A stretch of 64,000 nucleotides of DNA from an uncultured Alphaproteobacteria bacterium (GCA_902617375.1 CACMWI010000001.1:64090-128089), one strand, 5' to 3'. Shown: positions 41,064 through 51,457, numbered from the stretch's first letter. Made by a program: numbers and translations. Notes: a model not told the origin generated them from the letters alone.

Positions 41064-43574
41064 TTACCAAGTGAATTTCATGCCACCAAAGACTGTAAGT
41101 GGTTGACCTGGTGTAACAAAAGTTCCACTACCTCCTGTTCCGTCCACCTCATTTTCAGCTAAAATTCCACCACTCTCAAAATTTGTATCTAGAAGATTTC
41201 TTCCTTCAAGAAATATAGAAGTGCTGAATCCAGCTGATTCAGCATTAGCTCTTGGAACTGTGTATTCCAAGGACGCGTTTAGAAGAAAATAGCCAGGAAC
41301 TTGTTTTCCTTCCGCATTATTTTCGTCACCTCTGTAAAACTGCCTTGAATTATATTCTGTGTCTACAAATACTCCTAAACCATCAAAAGAGATAAAACCA
41401 ATGCCAATCCTACCAATGTGGGGAGATATACCAGGAATAGCGTCACCGGGGCCCACTTGAATTTGATATGATTCTCTAGCTTCACACGAATCTTGGTCAG
41501 CTGTAGCAGCGGCATTACCACCACCACCATATTCTTCGGGACCTGAACATGGATGAGGATTTTCTGAGTGTCCAGCACTTGCAATCTTTTGATGAGTTTC
41601 AAATGAAGCCCTAACATATGAATAATTACCATACCAAGTAATGTTTTTTCCTAGTTTACCGTTTATAGCTAACTCTGTCCCCATCCTTTGAGTATTACCA
41701 ACGTTTCTAAAATAACCTGTGCCAACTCTATTTCCACCAATGAAAATGATGTCGTTGTAGTTTCGTCCTGCAAAAGCTGTTGCATTCCAATTAATACTGT
41801 GATCCAAACCGAATAAATTTAGACTATCTTTTACGCCCCTCGCTCCAAACTCAAAACTTCTATTTTTAACTTCATCTAAAGGAGGGTCAGCTTGGAATGA
41901 GTTTGGAAGTCTGCACGGTTGAGCGGGGTCAGCACAACCAAGTTCTGCAACTGAAGGATTACGACTCGACTCTTTGTATGTTGCATAAACTGTGGTATTG
42001 CGAAGCACAAATGTGTCCCCTAACTTTCTGGTTATTCCAACCCCAGGGTTAAATTCATTGAAAAAATGGTGTCCTTCAAGTGCCGTGGAGTATTGGTCTT
42101 CCATTTTAAGAGAAGCCCAATTCCATCTTCCAGACAAATTTAAAGAAGTGGCATCATCCAAATCAATTGTGTTGCTTCCATACAGAGCTAAGTTATGTGT
42201 TGTTGCTTCAAGATTTGTTATAAAAATGTTTTCACCCTCGGAATCTTGACTGAGAAGAACTCCAGTACCTTGAACGCCTCTATCAGCCTGAATTATGCCA
42301 AGTTCTGTCGAAGAAGCGAAACTGTTATGTGAAAACTCGTAAGAAAGACCTGTAATGAGTGTGTTATCTTTATTGTATAAACCGTGATCAAGTGTAGACT
42401 GGAAGTTTAACCCCATTTGATTTTGTTTCGTGTTAGATCTATTTATTGCACCAATACTCTCGACTTCATTTTCATCATCTTCAAGTTCTAAACCGAGTGC
42501 GGTGTAATTAATTGCAGCTCCTGAAACATCAAGATATCGTTCGGTGGATCCGCCAGCAATTTCTAACTCTGAGCAAAGAATTCCATCCGCTGCCCCTTGA
42601 GTGAAATTATATCCCTTACCACAATCTCCTGCTTCAAACTCATCACCATTATAATTTCTTCTTTCCATATGACGGTAGAAGATATTGCCCTGAACCGACA
42701 ACTTATCATTTACAAAATGATTTCCACCAAAATTAGCATAATAATTTTTATTATGCGTGTTATCAGGATAGGTATAAACAGCATCTCTTCCCTCTAAATC
42801 CATTAATGTTAAAGGCACGGCACCGTTACCTCTTAAATCTGTGTAAGCTTGACCAAAATTTACAAAGAGCTCTGTATCATCATTTGGTCTATACCTTACA
42901 TCCCCAAAAACAGTGTTTAAATATGATTCAGAATGTTCTCTATACCCATTGTCGTAATTGAAATTTGCTCCCAAATATACACCAAAATCTCCAAATTCTT
43001 GTCCATATTCAAGAATCTCATTCGTTCTTCCATGATTACCCCCAGAGGTGGTTAAGTTTGCACCTTGAAAATTGAAACCGTTCTTCATCTCCATTGTGAT
43101 TGCTCCTCCAAGTGCATTTTGACCAAAAATTGGGTCGCCACCCGTAAAAATTTGCATGCTGTGTGTAGCAAAATCAGGAACTAAATCCCACTGAACAACT
43201 TCTCCAAAAGATTCATTAATTCTCATACCATTTTGATAAACGGCTATAGATTGGGCTGTACCTAAAAGGGGACCACCAACGTAACCTCTAAAATTAATAT
43301 CATTCTGCATAGGAGAACTATTCAGATTAAACAATGAAATACCTGTTGTTTCTCTGTTTAATGTTTCTGTAATTGATAAATTCTTTTTTTTGCCAAGTTG
43401 GTCCCTGTTAATTGTTTGAATCTTACCTGGAACCCTGTCTATGTCTAAGCCTGAGCCTTGAACTGGTGTTACCGATATTATGTTTACGTCTGGAGCAACA
43501 TAAGTCCTGTCTTGGGCTAGTGTGTGAGTTGAAATTAGAACTAAGGGAAGATATTTGAGAAAAATATTTTTCAT
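41064..43574 (-). CDS. TonB-dependent outer-membrane receptor (candidate LutH/LanA-like lanthanide receptor)
   Basis: Signal peptide, plug FRGYVGGPLLGTAQSIAVYQNGMRINESFG...WDLVP, NALGGAI, C.LPN.FQADPPL, GYFRNVG.T.R.G, C-terminal aromatic FTW. Confidence 0.85.
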   Translation of the reverse strand: MKNIFLKYLPLVLISTHTLAQDRTYVAPDVNIISVTPVQGSGLDIDRVPGKIQTINRDQLGKKKNLSITETLNRETTGISLFNLNSSPMQNDINFRGYVGGPLLGTAQSIAVYQNGMRINESFGEVVQWDLVPDFATHSMQIFTGGDPIFGQNALGGAITMEMKNGFNFQGANLTTSGGNHGRTNEILEYGQEFGDFGVYLGANFNYDNGYREHSESYLNTVFGDVRYRPNDDTELFVNFGQAYTDLRGNGAVPLTLMDLEGRDAVYTYPDNTHNKNYYANFGGNHFVNDKLSVQGNIFYRHMERRNYNGDEFEAGDCGKGYNFTQGAADGILCSELEIAGGSTERYLDVSGAAINYTALGLELEDDENEVESIGAINRSNTKQNQMGLNFQSTLDHGLYNKDNTLITGLSYEFSHNSFASSTELGIIQADRGVQGTGVLLSQDSEGENIFITNLEATTHNLALYGSNTIDLDDATSLNLSGRWNWASLKMEDQYSTALEGHHFFNEFNPGVGITRKLGDTFVLRNTTVYATYKESSRNPSVAELGCADPAQPCRLPNSFQADPPLDEVKNRSFEFGARGVKDSLNLFGLDHSINWNATAFAGRNYNDIIFIGGNRVGTGYFRNVGNTQRMGTELAINGKLGKNITWYGNYSYVRASFETHQKIASAGHSENPHPCSGPEEYGGGGNAAATADQDSCEARESYQIQVGPGDAIPGISPHIGRIGIGFISFDGLGVFVDTEYNSRQFYRGDENNAEGKQVPGYFLLNASLEYTVPRANAESAGFSTSIFLEGRNLLDTNFESGGILAENEVDGTGGSGTFVTPGQPLTVFGGMKFTW

Positions 43575-43664
43575 TAAACGATATTTATTTAATATTAAAA
43601 TGAATTGTAATGCTATAAATATATTTTACCTTGTCAATAACGATTTTGAACTTATGTTATCATT

Positions 43665-44114
43665 ATGTTTGCTATATTTGAAAAACTAAAAAGCGAAGAC
43701 CTCAAGACTCAAGAACTCTCATCTATTGACAAAGCTATTTTAATATCGACCCTTTTAGTTGAATGTGCTAGAAGCGATAACAATTTTACTAATACAGAAA
43801 AAGAGCAAATAAAAAAAATTTTAAAGAACAAGTTACATCTTGATTCTTCTGAGGTTGAAAAATGTTTTGAAACAGCTAACGAAAGCTCTGAAAAAAGCAT
43901 TGAAATTTATTCGTTAACTAAAGAAATCAGAGATAATTTTGATAAAGACGAAATACTCTTCATTTTTGAGTTGCTCTGGAAAATAATTTTATCAGACGGC
44001 GTTATTGATGATTTTGAGTCTTCAATGATGACAAAGCTCACTGGACTATTTCATTTAACAGGAAAAGAAAATGCAGAGGCAAAAAAAAATGCACAAACTG
44101 CACTTAATCTTTAA
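43665..44114 (+). CDS. TerB family protein
   Basis: LLVECA.SD......E, LW..ILSDG.ID.FE. Confidence 0.85.
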   Translation: MFAIFEKLKSEDLKTQELSSIDKAILISTLLVECARSDNNFTNTEKEQIKKILKNKLHLDSSEVEKCFETANESSEKSIEIYSLTKEIRDNFDKDEILFIFELLWKIILSDGVIDDFESSMMTKLTGLFHLTGKENAEAKKNAQTALNL

Positions 44115-44397
44115 AAAAATCAGATTTTCTCATTTTTAATTTTTTCCTAGAGACTTCAAACTTCTTTCTATTCTTGATTGATTTAGAGTGAACTCTTTCT
44201 CTCCATAATTTAAAGCTTTTTGTTTTTAAAGTTCTTCGCATTATGTTAATTACATCAGACTCAGATTTTCCAGTTTTTTCAAATATTTCTTCAAATGTAA
44301 TTCTATCAGCCCATGCAGCCCAAACTATCCAGTCTGGGTCTGAAATATTAGGTTCTTTATTCTTAACTTTTGTTTCTGGTCTATTTGATTTTTTCAC
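44104..44397 (-). CDS. TIGR03643/DUF2805 family protein
   Basis: AW.DRITFE.I....G.SE..VI..MR..LK..SF.LWR.RV. Confidence 0.85.
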   Translation of the reverse strand: MKKSNRPETKVKNKEPNISDPDWIVWAAWADRITFEEIFEKTGKSESDVINIMRRTLKTKSFKLWRERVHSKSIKNRKKFEVSRKKLKMRKSDFFKD

Positions 44398-44400
44398 AAC

Positions 44401-44943
44401 TTAGAATAGTTCTGCTTTTAAAATATCCAACTGTGGTTCAAAATTCTTTCCGAAAGCAACAAATCCAATACTTTTTATATCTGACGAACTAAAGAGTGAT
44501 GGTTGATAAAAATTAGATTTTTCAAAATCCTCAAATAAAATTTCATGATCTTCCCAAACTTCTGAAACTACAAATTTTCCTGAATAATATTGCCATGGCA
44601 ATAAAAGAAAAGATGTCCTAATGTGAATAAAATATTCACTTGGCAAACCTCTTGCCTTTATTCTAATTCCATTAAAATTTTCTTTATTTACATCAAAGTT
44701 AGTCCTTATTTGAATAAAGCCACCATTATTTTCAGTACTGACAATACCACTCAGTCTTAAAAAATTATTTTTTTTATCTTTTAATATTTCAAATTTTCCC
44801 TCAGAAATTCCGCCCATTACTTTATCTGACACAAATTCCCATTTTTTTAAAGAATTTTCTGATTCTATGTTTTGAAGTAAATCCATTGCATTTATTTTGT
44901 TAACTAATATAAAAAAAAGTATTAAAAAGAAGTGAAATTTCAT
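44401..44943 (-). CDS. CIA30 family protein
   Basis: W..VSD.VMGG.S.G, G.VSTENNGGFIQ.R. Confidence 0.88.
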   Translation of the reverse strand: MKFHFFLILFFILVNKINAMDLLQNIESENSLKKWEFVSDKVMGGISEGKFEILKDKKNNFLRLSGIVSTENNGGFIQIRTNFDVNKENFNGIRIKARGLPSEYFIHIRTSFLLLPWQYYSGKFVVSEVWEDHEILFEDFEKSNFYQPSLFSSSDIKSIGFVAFGKNFEPQLDILKAELF

Positions 44944-45054
44944 TTTATAATCGTATCATTAGAAACAATTAAAATCTAATTAATGATTTAAAAATTATAT
45001 TAAAATTTATTAAAAAAGTGAGGTCTAGAATGTTAATTAAATTTGAGAATTCGA

Positions 45055-45525
45055 ATGATTAAAAAGGAAATGGTAAATTTGGTTTCTCAAATGCAAAGAA
45101 GATGGGCAAACATTGTGATTGAAATTGGACAAGAATATAAAAAAAAAAACAATGTAGATAATTTAACATCAGAGTTGATGCAAAAAATATATGCTTTTGA
45201 TTATTGTGATGTTTTGTTCAAACCTACTTTGGCGAAGGAAGATCAATTTAGATCATCAAAAGAAGAGTTTTTGTCATATTTTTTAGGCCAAAATAATACG
45301 TGCAAAGAGGACAGCGGGTTTGCAATTAAAAATTGGAAATCGATAGAATTTAATAACTATAAGATCACAGAGTACAATAATTACTTACTTTCTATGGGAA
45401 ATTATTTTTTTAAAGATCAGGAAAATGAAATACTTAAAGTTGAATATACTTTTGGATTTATAAAGATAAATAATAATGAGTTGAGGATCAACCTTCATCA
45501 CTCATCTCTACCTTACGGGGGATGA
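45055..45525 (+). CDS. COG4337-type (iota-class carbonic anhydrase-like) protein
   Basis: LFKPT, LSYF, EDSGFA, MGNY.F, KVEYTFG, LHHSSLPY; start codon uncertain. Confidence 0.72.
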   Translation: MIKKEMVNLVSQMQRRWANIVIEIGQEYKKKNNVDNLTSELMQKIYAFDYCDVLFKPTLAKEDQFRSSKEEFLSYFLGQNNTCKEDSGFAIKNWKSIEFNNYKITEYNNYLLSMGNYFFKDQENEILKVEYTFGFIKINNNELRINLHHSSLPYGG

Positions 45526-45585
45526 CCTAGTTGAAAATGAATTCAAAAAATTTTAAATTTTGCTAGAACACAATTATTTTTAAAA

Positions 45586-46263
45586 ATGAATAAAGGACTT
45601 GTAACAAATATCACCACGCTGTTAATAACTATATATGGAACAGTATCTCCATTCTATTCTGCAGAAATTTTTATGGCGGGTTTATTCGGATTATCGGGTG
45701 GATTGACTAACTGGCTTGCCGTTCATATGCTTTTTGAGAAAGTTCCACTTCTTATTGGCTCCGGTGTTATTCCGTTGAGATTTAAAGAGTTCAAGGAAGG
45801 AATAAAAAACTTAATTATGCATGAGTTTTTTTCTTCCAAAGCTTTGGAGAATTTTTCATCAACAAAAAATCTTCCTGTAGATGAAATTTTAAATAAAATT
45901 AACTATGACGAGATCTATCTTAAGCTTATCGAAGCGATAAAAGAATCATCGTTAGGATCTATGCTTCAAATGGTTGGGGGTGAAAAAGCTTTAGAACCTT
46001 TAAAGGAACCATTAAAAACTAAAATTAAAGAAACAATAGATGAATTAAAAAATAAAAATTTTGCTAATAGTTCACTTTCTGAAGATTTTAAAAGTGAAGT
46101 TGAGTTAATAATTGACTCAAGGTTAAATGAATTAAGCCCAGAACAAGTAAAGTTTATAATAAAAGATATTATCCACAAACATCTTGGATGGTTGGTTGTG
46201 TGGGGAGGCGTATTTGGGTTTTTGATTGGACTTATTTTAGGCTTTCTTGGAGGTTTAAGTTGA
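45586..46263 (+). CDS. DUF445 family membrane protein
   Basis: GG.TNWLA.HMLFEKVP...GSGVIP, HLGWLVVWGG. Confidence 0.88.
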   Translation: MNKGLVTNITTLLITIYGTVSPFYSAEIFMAGLFGLSGGLTNWLAVHMLFEKVPLLIGSGVIPLRFKEFKEGIKNLIMHEFFSSKALENFSSTKNLPVDEILNKINYDEIYLKLIEAIKESSLGSMLQMVGGEKALEPLKEPLKTKIKETIDELKNKNFANSSLSEDFKSEVELIIDSRLNELSPEQVKFIIKDIIHKHLGWLVVWGGVFGFLIGLILGFLGGLS

Positions 46264-47735
46264 AAAAAACGTTTTTTAATTTTAATAATACATACCATAA
46301 ATTACCAAAAACTTTTTATCAAGAAATCAAACCAAAACCAGTATCAAATCCAAAATTAATAGAATTCAATTTTGAACTTTCAAAATTTCTGAACGTTAAT
46401 AATTCTGTTGCCGACCAAGATCAAGGCAAACTAATTTTCTCAGGAAATAGTTTGCCCGCAGGAGCCAAACCAATCGCAATGGTCTATGCTGGGCATCAGT
46501 TTGGAAATTTTGTGCCACAACTAGGTGATGGAAGAGCTATTTTAATTGGCGAACAGATTGCAAAAAATGGAGAAAGATTTGATATACAACTTAAAGGATC
46601 AGGGAGAACTGCTTTCTCTAGACAAGGAGATGGAAGATCTCCACTTGGGCCTGTTATAAGAGAGTATATCCTTAGTGAATCATTGCATTATCTTGGAATA
46701 AAGAGTACGCGTTCATTAGCAATGGTAAGTACTGGAGAAACTGTTCTGAGAGAGGAGCCTTTGAAAGGAGGAATTTTAACCAGAGTTGCTTCAAGTCACA
46801 TAAGAATTGGAACATTTGAATTTTTCTTTTTTAAAGAGGATTTTTCTTCTCTGAAAAAATTGGCTGATTATTCAATTGCAAGACATTTTGCAATAAAAAA
46901 CAAAAATAAACCTTATGAATATCTTTTAGAAAGTGTAATTAAGTTACAAGCCGAATTAGTAGCAAAATGGATGAGTGTGGGCTTTATTCATGGAGTAATG
47001 AACACAGATAATACTTCTATAAGCGGAGAGACCATAGACTTTGGCCCATGCGCGTTTATGGATGAATACCATCCGACTAGAGTCTTTAGTTATATTGATC
47101 AAGGTGGAAGATATTCTTATATTAATCAAGGTAAAATAATGTTGTGGAACCTATCTAAGTTTGCAGAATGCCTTATACCTCTCTTAGACAATAATTTTGA
47201 AACTGCCAAAAAAAAAGCCATTAATTGTTTAGAAATCTATCCAAAATATTTTGAGGAATGTTGGTTAGATGAAATGAGAAAAAAATTAGGATTTAAAAAA
47301 AAAATAAAAGATGACCATATTTTGATAAACGATTTTTTTAAAATAATGCAAAAAAATAATATGGATTTTACGTTATCTTTCAGAAATCTTTCAAAAATTA
47401 CTTCCTCCAAAATAAACAGTTTTTTTGAAAAAGAATTGAAAGCATCAAAAGAAACAAAAAATTGGTTTGAAAAATGGAATAAAAGACTTGAGACTGAAAA
47501 TTCATCACGGTTAATTATTTCAAAAAAAATGTTAAAAATAAACCCAATTTATATTCCAAGAAATCACTTGGTAGAGTCCGTAATACATCAAGCTATGCAA
47601 GAAAATAATTTTTCAAAGATGAGGGAACTTTTAGAATTGGTTCGAGAACCATTCAAAGAAAAAAAATCAAAAAACTCCTACGGCCTGCCTCCAAAACCAG
47701 ATGAGGTAGTTACAAATACTTTCTGTGGAACTTAA
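46260..47735 (+). CDS. selO: Protein adenylyltransferase SelO (YdiU)
   Basis: YAGHQFG, LGDGRA, QLKGSG, HGVMNTDN, IDFGP, C-terminal TFCGT; TTG 46260 after GGAGG. Confidence 0.93.
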   Translation: MKKTFFNFNNTYHKLPKTFYQEIKPKPVSNPKLIEFNFELSKFLNVNNSVADQDQGKLIFSGNSLPAGAKPIAMVYAGHQFGNFVPQLGDGRAILIGEQIAKNGERFDIQLKGSGRTAFSRQGDGRSPLGPVIREYILSESLHYLGIKSTRSLAMVSTGETVLREEPLKGGILTRVASSHIRIGTFEFFFFKEDFSSLKKLADYSIARHFAIKNKNKPYEYLLESVIKLQAELVAKWMSVGFIHGVMNTDNTSISGETIDFGPCAFMDEYHPTRVFSYIDQGGRYSYINQGKIMLWNLSKFAECLIPLLDNNFETAKKKAINCLEIYPKYFEECWLDEMRKKLGFKKKIKDDHILINDFFKIMQKNNMDFTLSFRNLSKITSSKINSFFEKELKASKETKNWFEKWNKRLETENSSRLIISKKMLKINPIYIPRNHLVESVIHQAMQENNFSKMRELLELVREPFKEKKSKNSYGLPPKPDEVVTNTFCGT

Positions 47736-48139
47736 AGAACTGAGAATCCAAATTTTTTGCTTTGATTTAAAATTTGGTCTTCTGCTTCAAGCCAAAGTGG
47801 AATGGCTTGATCTAGAATTTTATACCCTTTTTCAGTTAATTTCATTACTTTTTTTCTTGAGTCCTTTGATTTTATTTGTTTAATAAGTCCATCTTTAAGC
47901 AGAATATTTAAACCTCTTGTTAGAGTTGTTCTGTCCATAGATAGTTCCTCTGAAAGTGAAATCAAAGTCTTATTTTCAGTTGTCGCTATAAATGATAGTA
48001 TAGTGAATTGAGTTATTCTAATGCCTACCGATTTTAATTTTCTATCGTAAAACTGAGTAGTTAATCGTGAAGCTTTTCTCATTTTAAAGCATTTACAACT
48101 TGTTAATTGTCTGTATTTGAATGATTTAGTTCTTTCCAT
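47732..48139 (-). CDS. MarR family transcriptional regulator
   Basis: C.C..MRKASR....YD, MDRTTLTR.L, D.R...LT..G. Confidence 0.9.
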   Translation of the reverse strand: MERTKSFKYRQLTSCKCFKMRKASRLTTQFYDRKLKSVGIRITQFTILSFIATTENKTLISLSEELSMDRTTLTRGLNILLKDGLIKQIKSKDSRKKVMKLTEKGYKILDQAIPLWLEAEDQILNQSKKFGFSVL

Positions 48140-48190
48140 ATATTTTTAAAAATTTTAGTTATAAATAATTCATAATTTAGCATTCATCAT

Positions 48191-48559
48191 CTAATGCGAA
48201 TCTAAATCTTTTTTAATATCCTTATGGTCTCCAATTACAATATGATTTTTACTTTTTGTTACAAATCTCTCAAGAAGTGGAATAAAGGCAAGAGGGATTA
48301 AACCGCCAACTACAATTCCTAAAATCATGCTTCTAATGTGCGGATCAAGATAACTAGCAATTGCGTCAGCAATTATATGAGATAGTGCAGCTCCGAATAT
48401 GCCAGCAACATAACCGTTAGAAATAATTTTTAGAAATCTATTGATACTGAAAGCTGAATAATATCCAACCAACATAATACTTACATGCACAAATCCAAAT
48501 ATAAGGCCTCTTAGGTTTGCAGCAGTTTCACTGAATAAATTTTCTAACAAATGTTCCAT
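48191..48559 (-). CDS. Hypothetical membrane protein
   Basis: 122-aa ORF with several hydrophobic helices. Confidence 0.7.
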   Translation of the reverse strand: MEHLLENLFSETAANLRGLIFGFVHVSIMLVGYYSAFSINRFLKIISNGYVAGIFGAALSHIIADAIASYLDPHIRSMILGIVVGGLIPLAFIPLLERFVTKSKNHIVIGDHKDIKKDLDSH

Positions 48560-48685
48560 TAACTCTATTTTTTAATACCAAATTAATAAGAGTATTTAAC
48601 TAGTTTTACTTTTTTAAGTAAATTAATTTATTACTAAATGATAAATAAGATTGACTTCAAGAAAATTATACAGATAAAGTTTTGA

Positions 48686-49120
48686 ATGTACTTTCTTATT
48701 TTTCTTCTTTTTCTTCTAAATTTCGGAACGGTATCAAATGCCGATGAACTAATATTAGTCTGTAAAATGAATTATGGTATTTCAGGTGAGAACGATGAAA
48801 CTGATATCGAGTTTAAAAATTTGAGTATTATAGACGAAGATCTGGTGGTATTCTTAAATGTTGAAAAAAAATGGTTATCCGTTGAAAGTGAAAGAGATTT
48901 TAAAGAAAGTGGTGGAAAAATCAGTAAATCAAATTTTTTAGAAACAGATTCCAATATCTTTTCTATGTCTTATTTCGAAAATAATGGAACATTAGTGAGA
49001 AAAAATATTATTGAATTAAATCGATATACTGGTTTTATTAAACACGAATTCAGAACTAGTATAGAAACAATTTATAGAACTGGAACTTGTAAAGTATCAA
49101 AAAATAAAAGATTGTTTTAG
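48686..49120 (+). CDS. Hypothetical secreted protein with two cysteines
   Basis: Signal peptide, L.C near the N-terminus, LNRYTG...G.C....K.LF at the C-terminus. Confidence 0.72.
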   Translation: MYFLIFLLFLLNFGTVSNADELILVCKMNYGISGENDETDIEFKNLSIIDEDLVVFLNVEKKWLSVESERDFKESGGKISKSNFLETDSNIFSMSYFENNGTLVRKNIIELNRYTGFIKHEFRTSIETIYRTGTCKVSKNKRLF

Positions 49121-49182
49121 GAGTTTGCCAAATTGTTTGATTTATTCAGATTTTTATTTTCAACTCTATAAATATAAAATTT

Positions 49183-49205
49183 TTTATGGCGGAGAGAGAG
49201 GGATT
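49183..49205. repeat. att core, tRNA-distal copy
   Basis: TTTATGGCGGAGAGAGAGGGATT identical to 56535-56557. Confidence 0.95.
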
Positions 49206-49265
49206 GTCCACATACGCCTCTTAAATCCCTATTAATCAGGGAAATTAGGTGACTTAAAATATTTT

Positions 49266-49287
49266 TAGGGGTAAAGTCTAGGGGTAA
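49266..49287 (+). promoter_or_regulatory. Tandem integrase arm-type-like sites (left)
   Basis: TAGGGGTAA x2 at 13-bp period; second copy overlaps the integrase ATG. Confidence 0.7.
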
Positions 49288-50522
49288 TGACGATAATTAA
49301 GCAGGGAAATATCTATCATGCAGAGTTAAAAGTACCTAGAGATGTAAGGGAAATAATAGGTCAGAATAAATTTAGAAAGTCTTTGCAAACTACTGACATC
49401 AAAGAAGCTAAAAGAAAAGAACCAATCATAGTTTCAGCTTGGAAGGAAAAAATAGAAATAGCTAGAGGTAATGGCGGTGATATCAAGCAACTTGCACAAC
49501 AATATAGAGAAGCAAGTGACGAGGCTAAGGATGCTCTGGAGGATGTGTTTCAAGATATGGTTGCCGACGATTATGGGAAGGTGCATTATTCAGATTTAAG
49601 TCCTGAGCAAAGTGAGAAAGCTTTTTATAAATATGAAATTCTCACAGGTAAAATTATTCAAACAAATATATTGCTGAAAGAATGGTTAGACAGTTGGGAA
49701 GTAAATCCAAAAGGTAAAGAGCAAGGTCAACGATTTGTTGAAGAGTTTTGCAAAAAGTTTCCAGCAACAAGAGATGTAACTAAACAAAGTTTGTTTGAGT
49801 GGTGTTCCTTTATGATGGAAGTAAAGGAGTTAACAAAAAAAACAATTAGTTGTCGTTTGTCTCCTTGCAAAATGTATTGGCAACATCTTCAAATAAAGGG
49901 GTATGTTGATCCCGATAAAAATCCATTTACAAATTTAAGGCTAACTCAAAAATCTAAATCTAAAAAAAATAATTCGAGAGAGGAATTTTCTATTGATGAA
50001 ATCAACCAACTTTCTAAAGAAATAAAAAATAAAAGTGACCCTGAGCTGTATTACTTATTTCAAATTGCTATATACACAGGAGCAAGAATTGAAGAGATTT
50101 GTAAAATAAAAAAGAGAGATATTGGAAAAGAATTTATAAAAATTACTGATTCCAAAACTAGTGCTGGTATCCGAGAGGTTCCTATTCACAATCAACTTAC
50201 AGGATTAATAAAGGAGTTAAAAAATTCTCCAGAAGAAAAATATCTTATTAGTAATTTAGTGCCAAACAAGTTTGGTGAACGATCAGCTAGTATTGGTAAA
50301 AGATTCGGTCGATTGAAAAAGGGATTAGGGTTCAGTTCGACAAAAGTATTTCACTCAATTAGAAAGACAGTTGTCACACAATTAGAACAAGCTGAGGTCC
50401 CTGAGTCCGTTACTGCTGATATTGTTGGACACGAAAAAAAAACAATTACTTATGGCTTGTATAGTGGTGGGAGTAGCCTTAAACAAAAACTAGAGGCTAT
50501 TAATAAGATAAGTTATGATTAA
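49287..50522 (+). CDS. Tyrosine recombinase/integrase with DUF6538-like N-terminus
   Basis: VPRD...RKSL.T.D..EA; catalytic YTGAR, SKT, FHSIR, VGH, TYGLY. Confidence 0.93.
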   Translation: MTIIKQGNIYHAELKVPRDVREIIGQNKFRKSLQTTDIKEAKRKEPIIVSAWKEKIEIARGNGGDIKQLAQQYREASDEAKDALEDVFQDMVADDYGKVHYSDLSPEQSEKAFYKYEILTGKIIQTNILLKEWLDSWEVNPKGKEQGQRFVEEFCKKFPATRDVTKQSLFEWCSFMMEVKELTKKTISCRLSPCKMYWQHLQIKGYVDPDKNPFTNLRLTQKSKSKKNNSREEFSIDEINQLSKEIKNKSDPELYYLFQIAIYTGARIEEICKIKKRDIGKEFIKITDSKTSAGIREVPIHNQLTGLIKELKNSPEEKYLISNLVPNKFGERSASIGKRFGRLKKGLGFSSTKVFHSIRKTVVTQLEQAEVPESVTADIVGHEKKTITYGLYSGGSSLKQKLEAINKISYD

Positions 50523-50525
50523 AGT

Positions 50526-51050
50526 ATGGCTCTTGAAACAAAAGAATTGACTGATCTGTATTATGAATTCATAAACCTTTCAAAAAAAGAAACACCATTT
50601 AGCAAATTTATGAATTTTTTGGGATTTCTTTTAGCTACTAGCTTTGTAATTTTTGTTGTTCTCTTTGGTTACAGTTTAGGTGTAGAAGAACTAAATGAGA
50701 AATATGAAAGATGGGGAGAGACTATATGGTTGGATTATTTTCTTGCGATAGGCAGTTATGCTATTGGTCCAATACTTGTAATTTGCTTTTGGTTCGGATA
50801 TATAACCACCGATATCCCTTTTGTTTTGTTTCAAAAGGAAACAAAAACAGAAAAAAGACTAAAGCAAATACTAAATATGATTTACGCCATAGAAGAACGT
50901 GATCATAAAAAGAAGCAAGACTCCGAGAAAAATATTCCCGCAGAAATAAAGAATGATTATAATTCAGAATTACAGAAAAGATGGACTATGTATACTGACC
51001 ATCGTTTTAGAATTAATGAACTAGAAAGAAAGTATAAGTTCAATAAATAG
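50526..51050 (+). CDS. Hypothetical membrane protein (2 TM)
   Basis: 174-aa ORF starting 3 bp after the integrase. Confidence 0.7.
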   Translation: MALETKELTDLYYEFINLSKKETPFSKFMNFLGFLLATSFVIFVVLFGYSLGVEELNEKYERWGETIWLDYFLAIGSYAIGPILVICFWFGYITTDIPFVLFQKETKTEKRLKQILNMIYAIEERDHKKKQDSEKNIPAEIKNDYNSELQKRWTMYTDHRFRINELERKYKFNK

Positions 51051-51080
51051 AAAATTTGAATAGCTAATTAATTTTAAAAG

Positions 51081-51329
51081 TTATTTGGGAAGATTGCCAA
51101 AGTAAAAACATTCCTTTTGACCATACATCCAGATTACTTGATAAAGTTTCTTTTTGTATTCATAAATAATCATGATGGAATTTAGGTAAGAACCTTCTGA
51201 TATTTTTTTTCCTTTTGCAATAACTTTCATACAATCTTGATATAACGCTGGCTCCCCATATGTTACTTTGGCATTTAAATTTACTGATAAAAATAAAGTA
51301 AAAACAAAAACAAATATTAATTTTTTCAC
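51081..51329 (-). CDS. Small secreted protein with two cysteines
   Basis: MKKLIFVFVFTLFLSVNLNA signal peptide, GTG start. Confidence 0.65.
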   Translation of the reverse strand: MKKLIFVFVFTLFLSVNLNAKVTYGEPALYQDCMKVIAKGKKISEGSYLNSIMIIYEYKKKLYQVIWMYGQKECFYFGNLPK

Positions 51330-51431
51330 ACATTAATTTTAATTTAAAATAGTAGATTATCAAATTGAAACTTAAACTTGGGGGTAGGAAAAAAATAGGC
51401 CCCTTTGTTTTTATTTGTATAGTATCTAGAC

Positions 51432-51457
51432 AAAAAAAAACCTGACAGAAAGTCAGG
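51432..51457 (-). terminator. Intrinsic terminator
   Basis: Minus strand CCTGAC-TTTCT-GTCAGG followed by T9. Confidence 0.75.

Noticed and set aside
47690..47735. Selenocysteine in SelO
   Set aside because: Ends TFCGT-TAA with Cys; no in-frame TGA
49287..50522. Integron integrase IntI
   Set aside because: No IntI-specific insertion recognised, DUF6538-like N-terminus, tRNA att repeats, and no attC-like palindromes found between cargo genes
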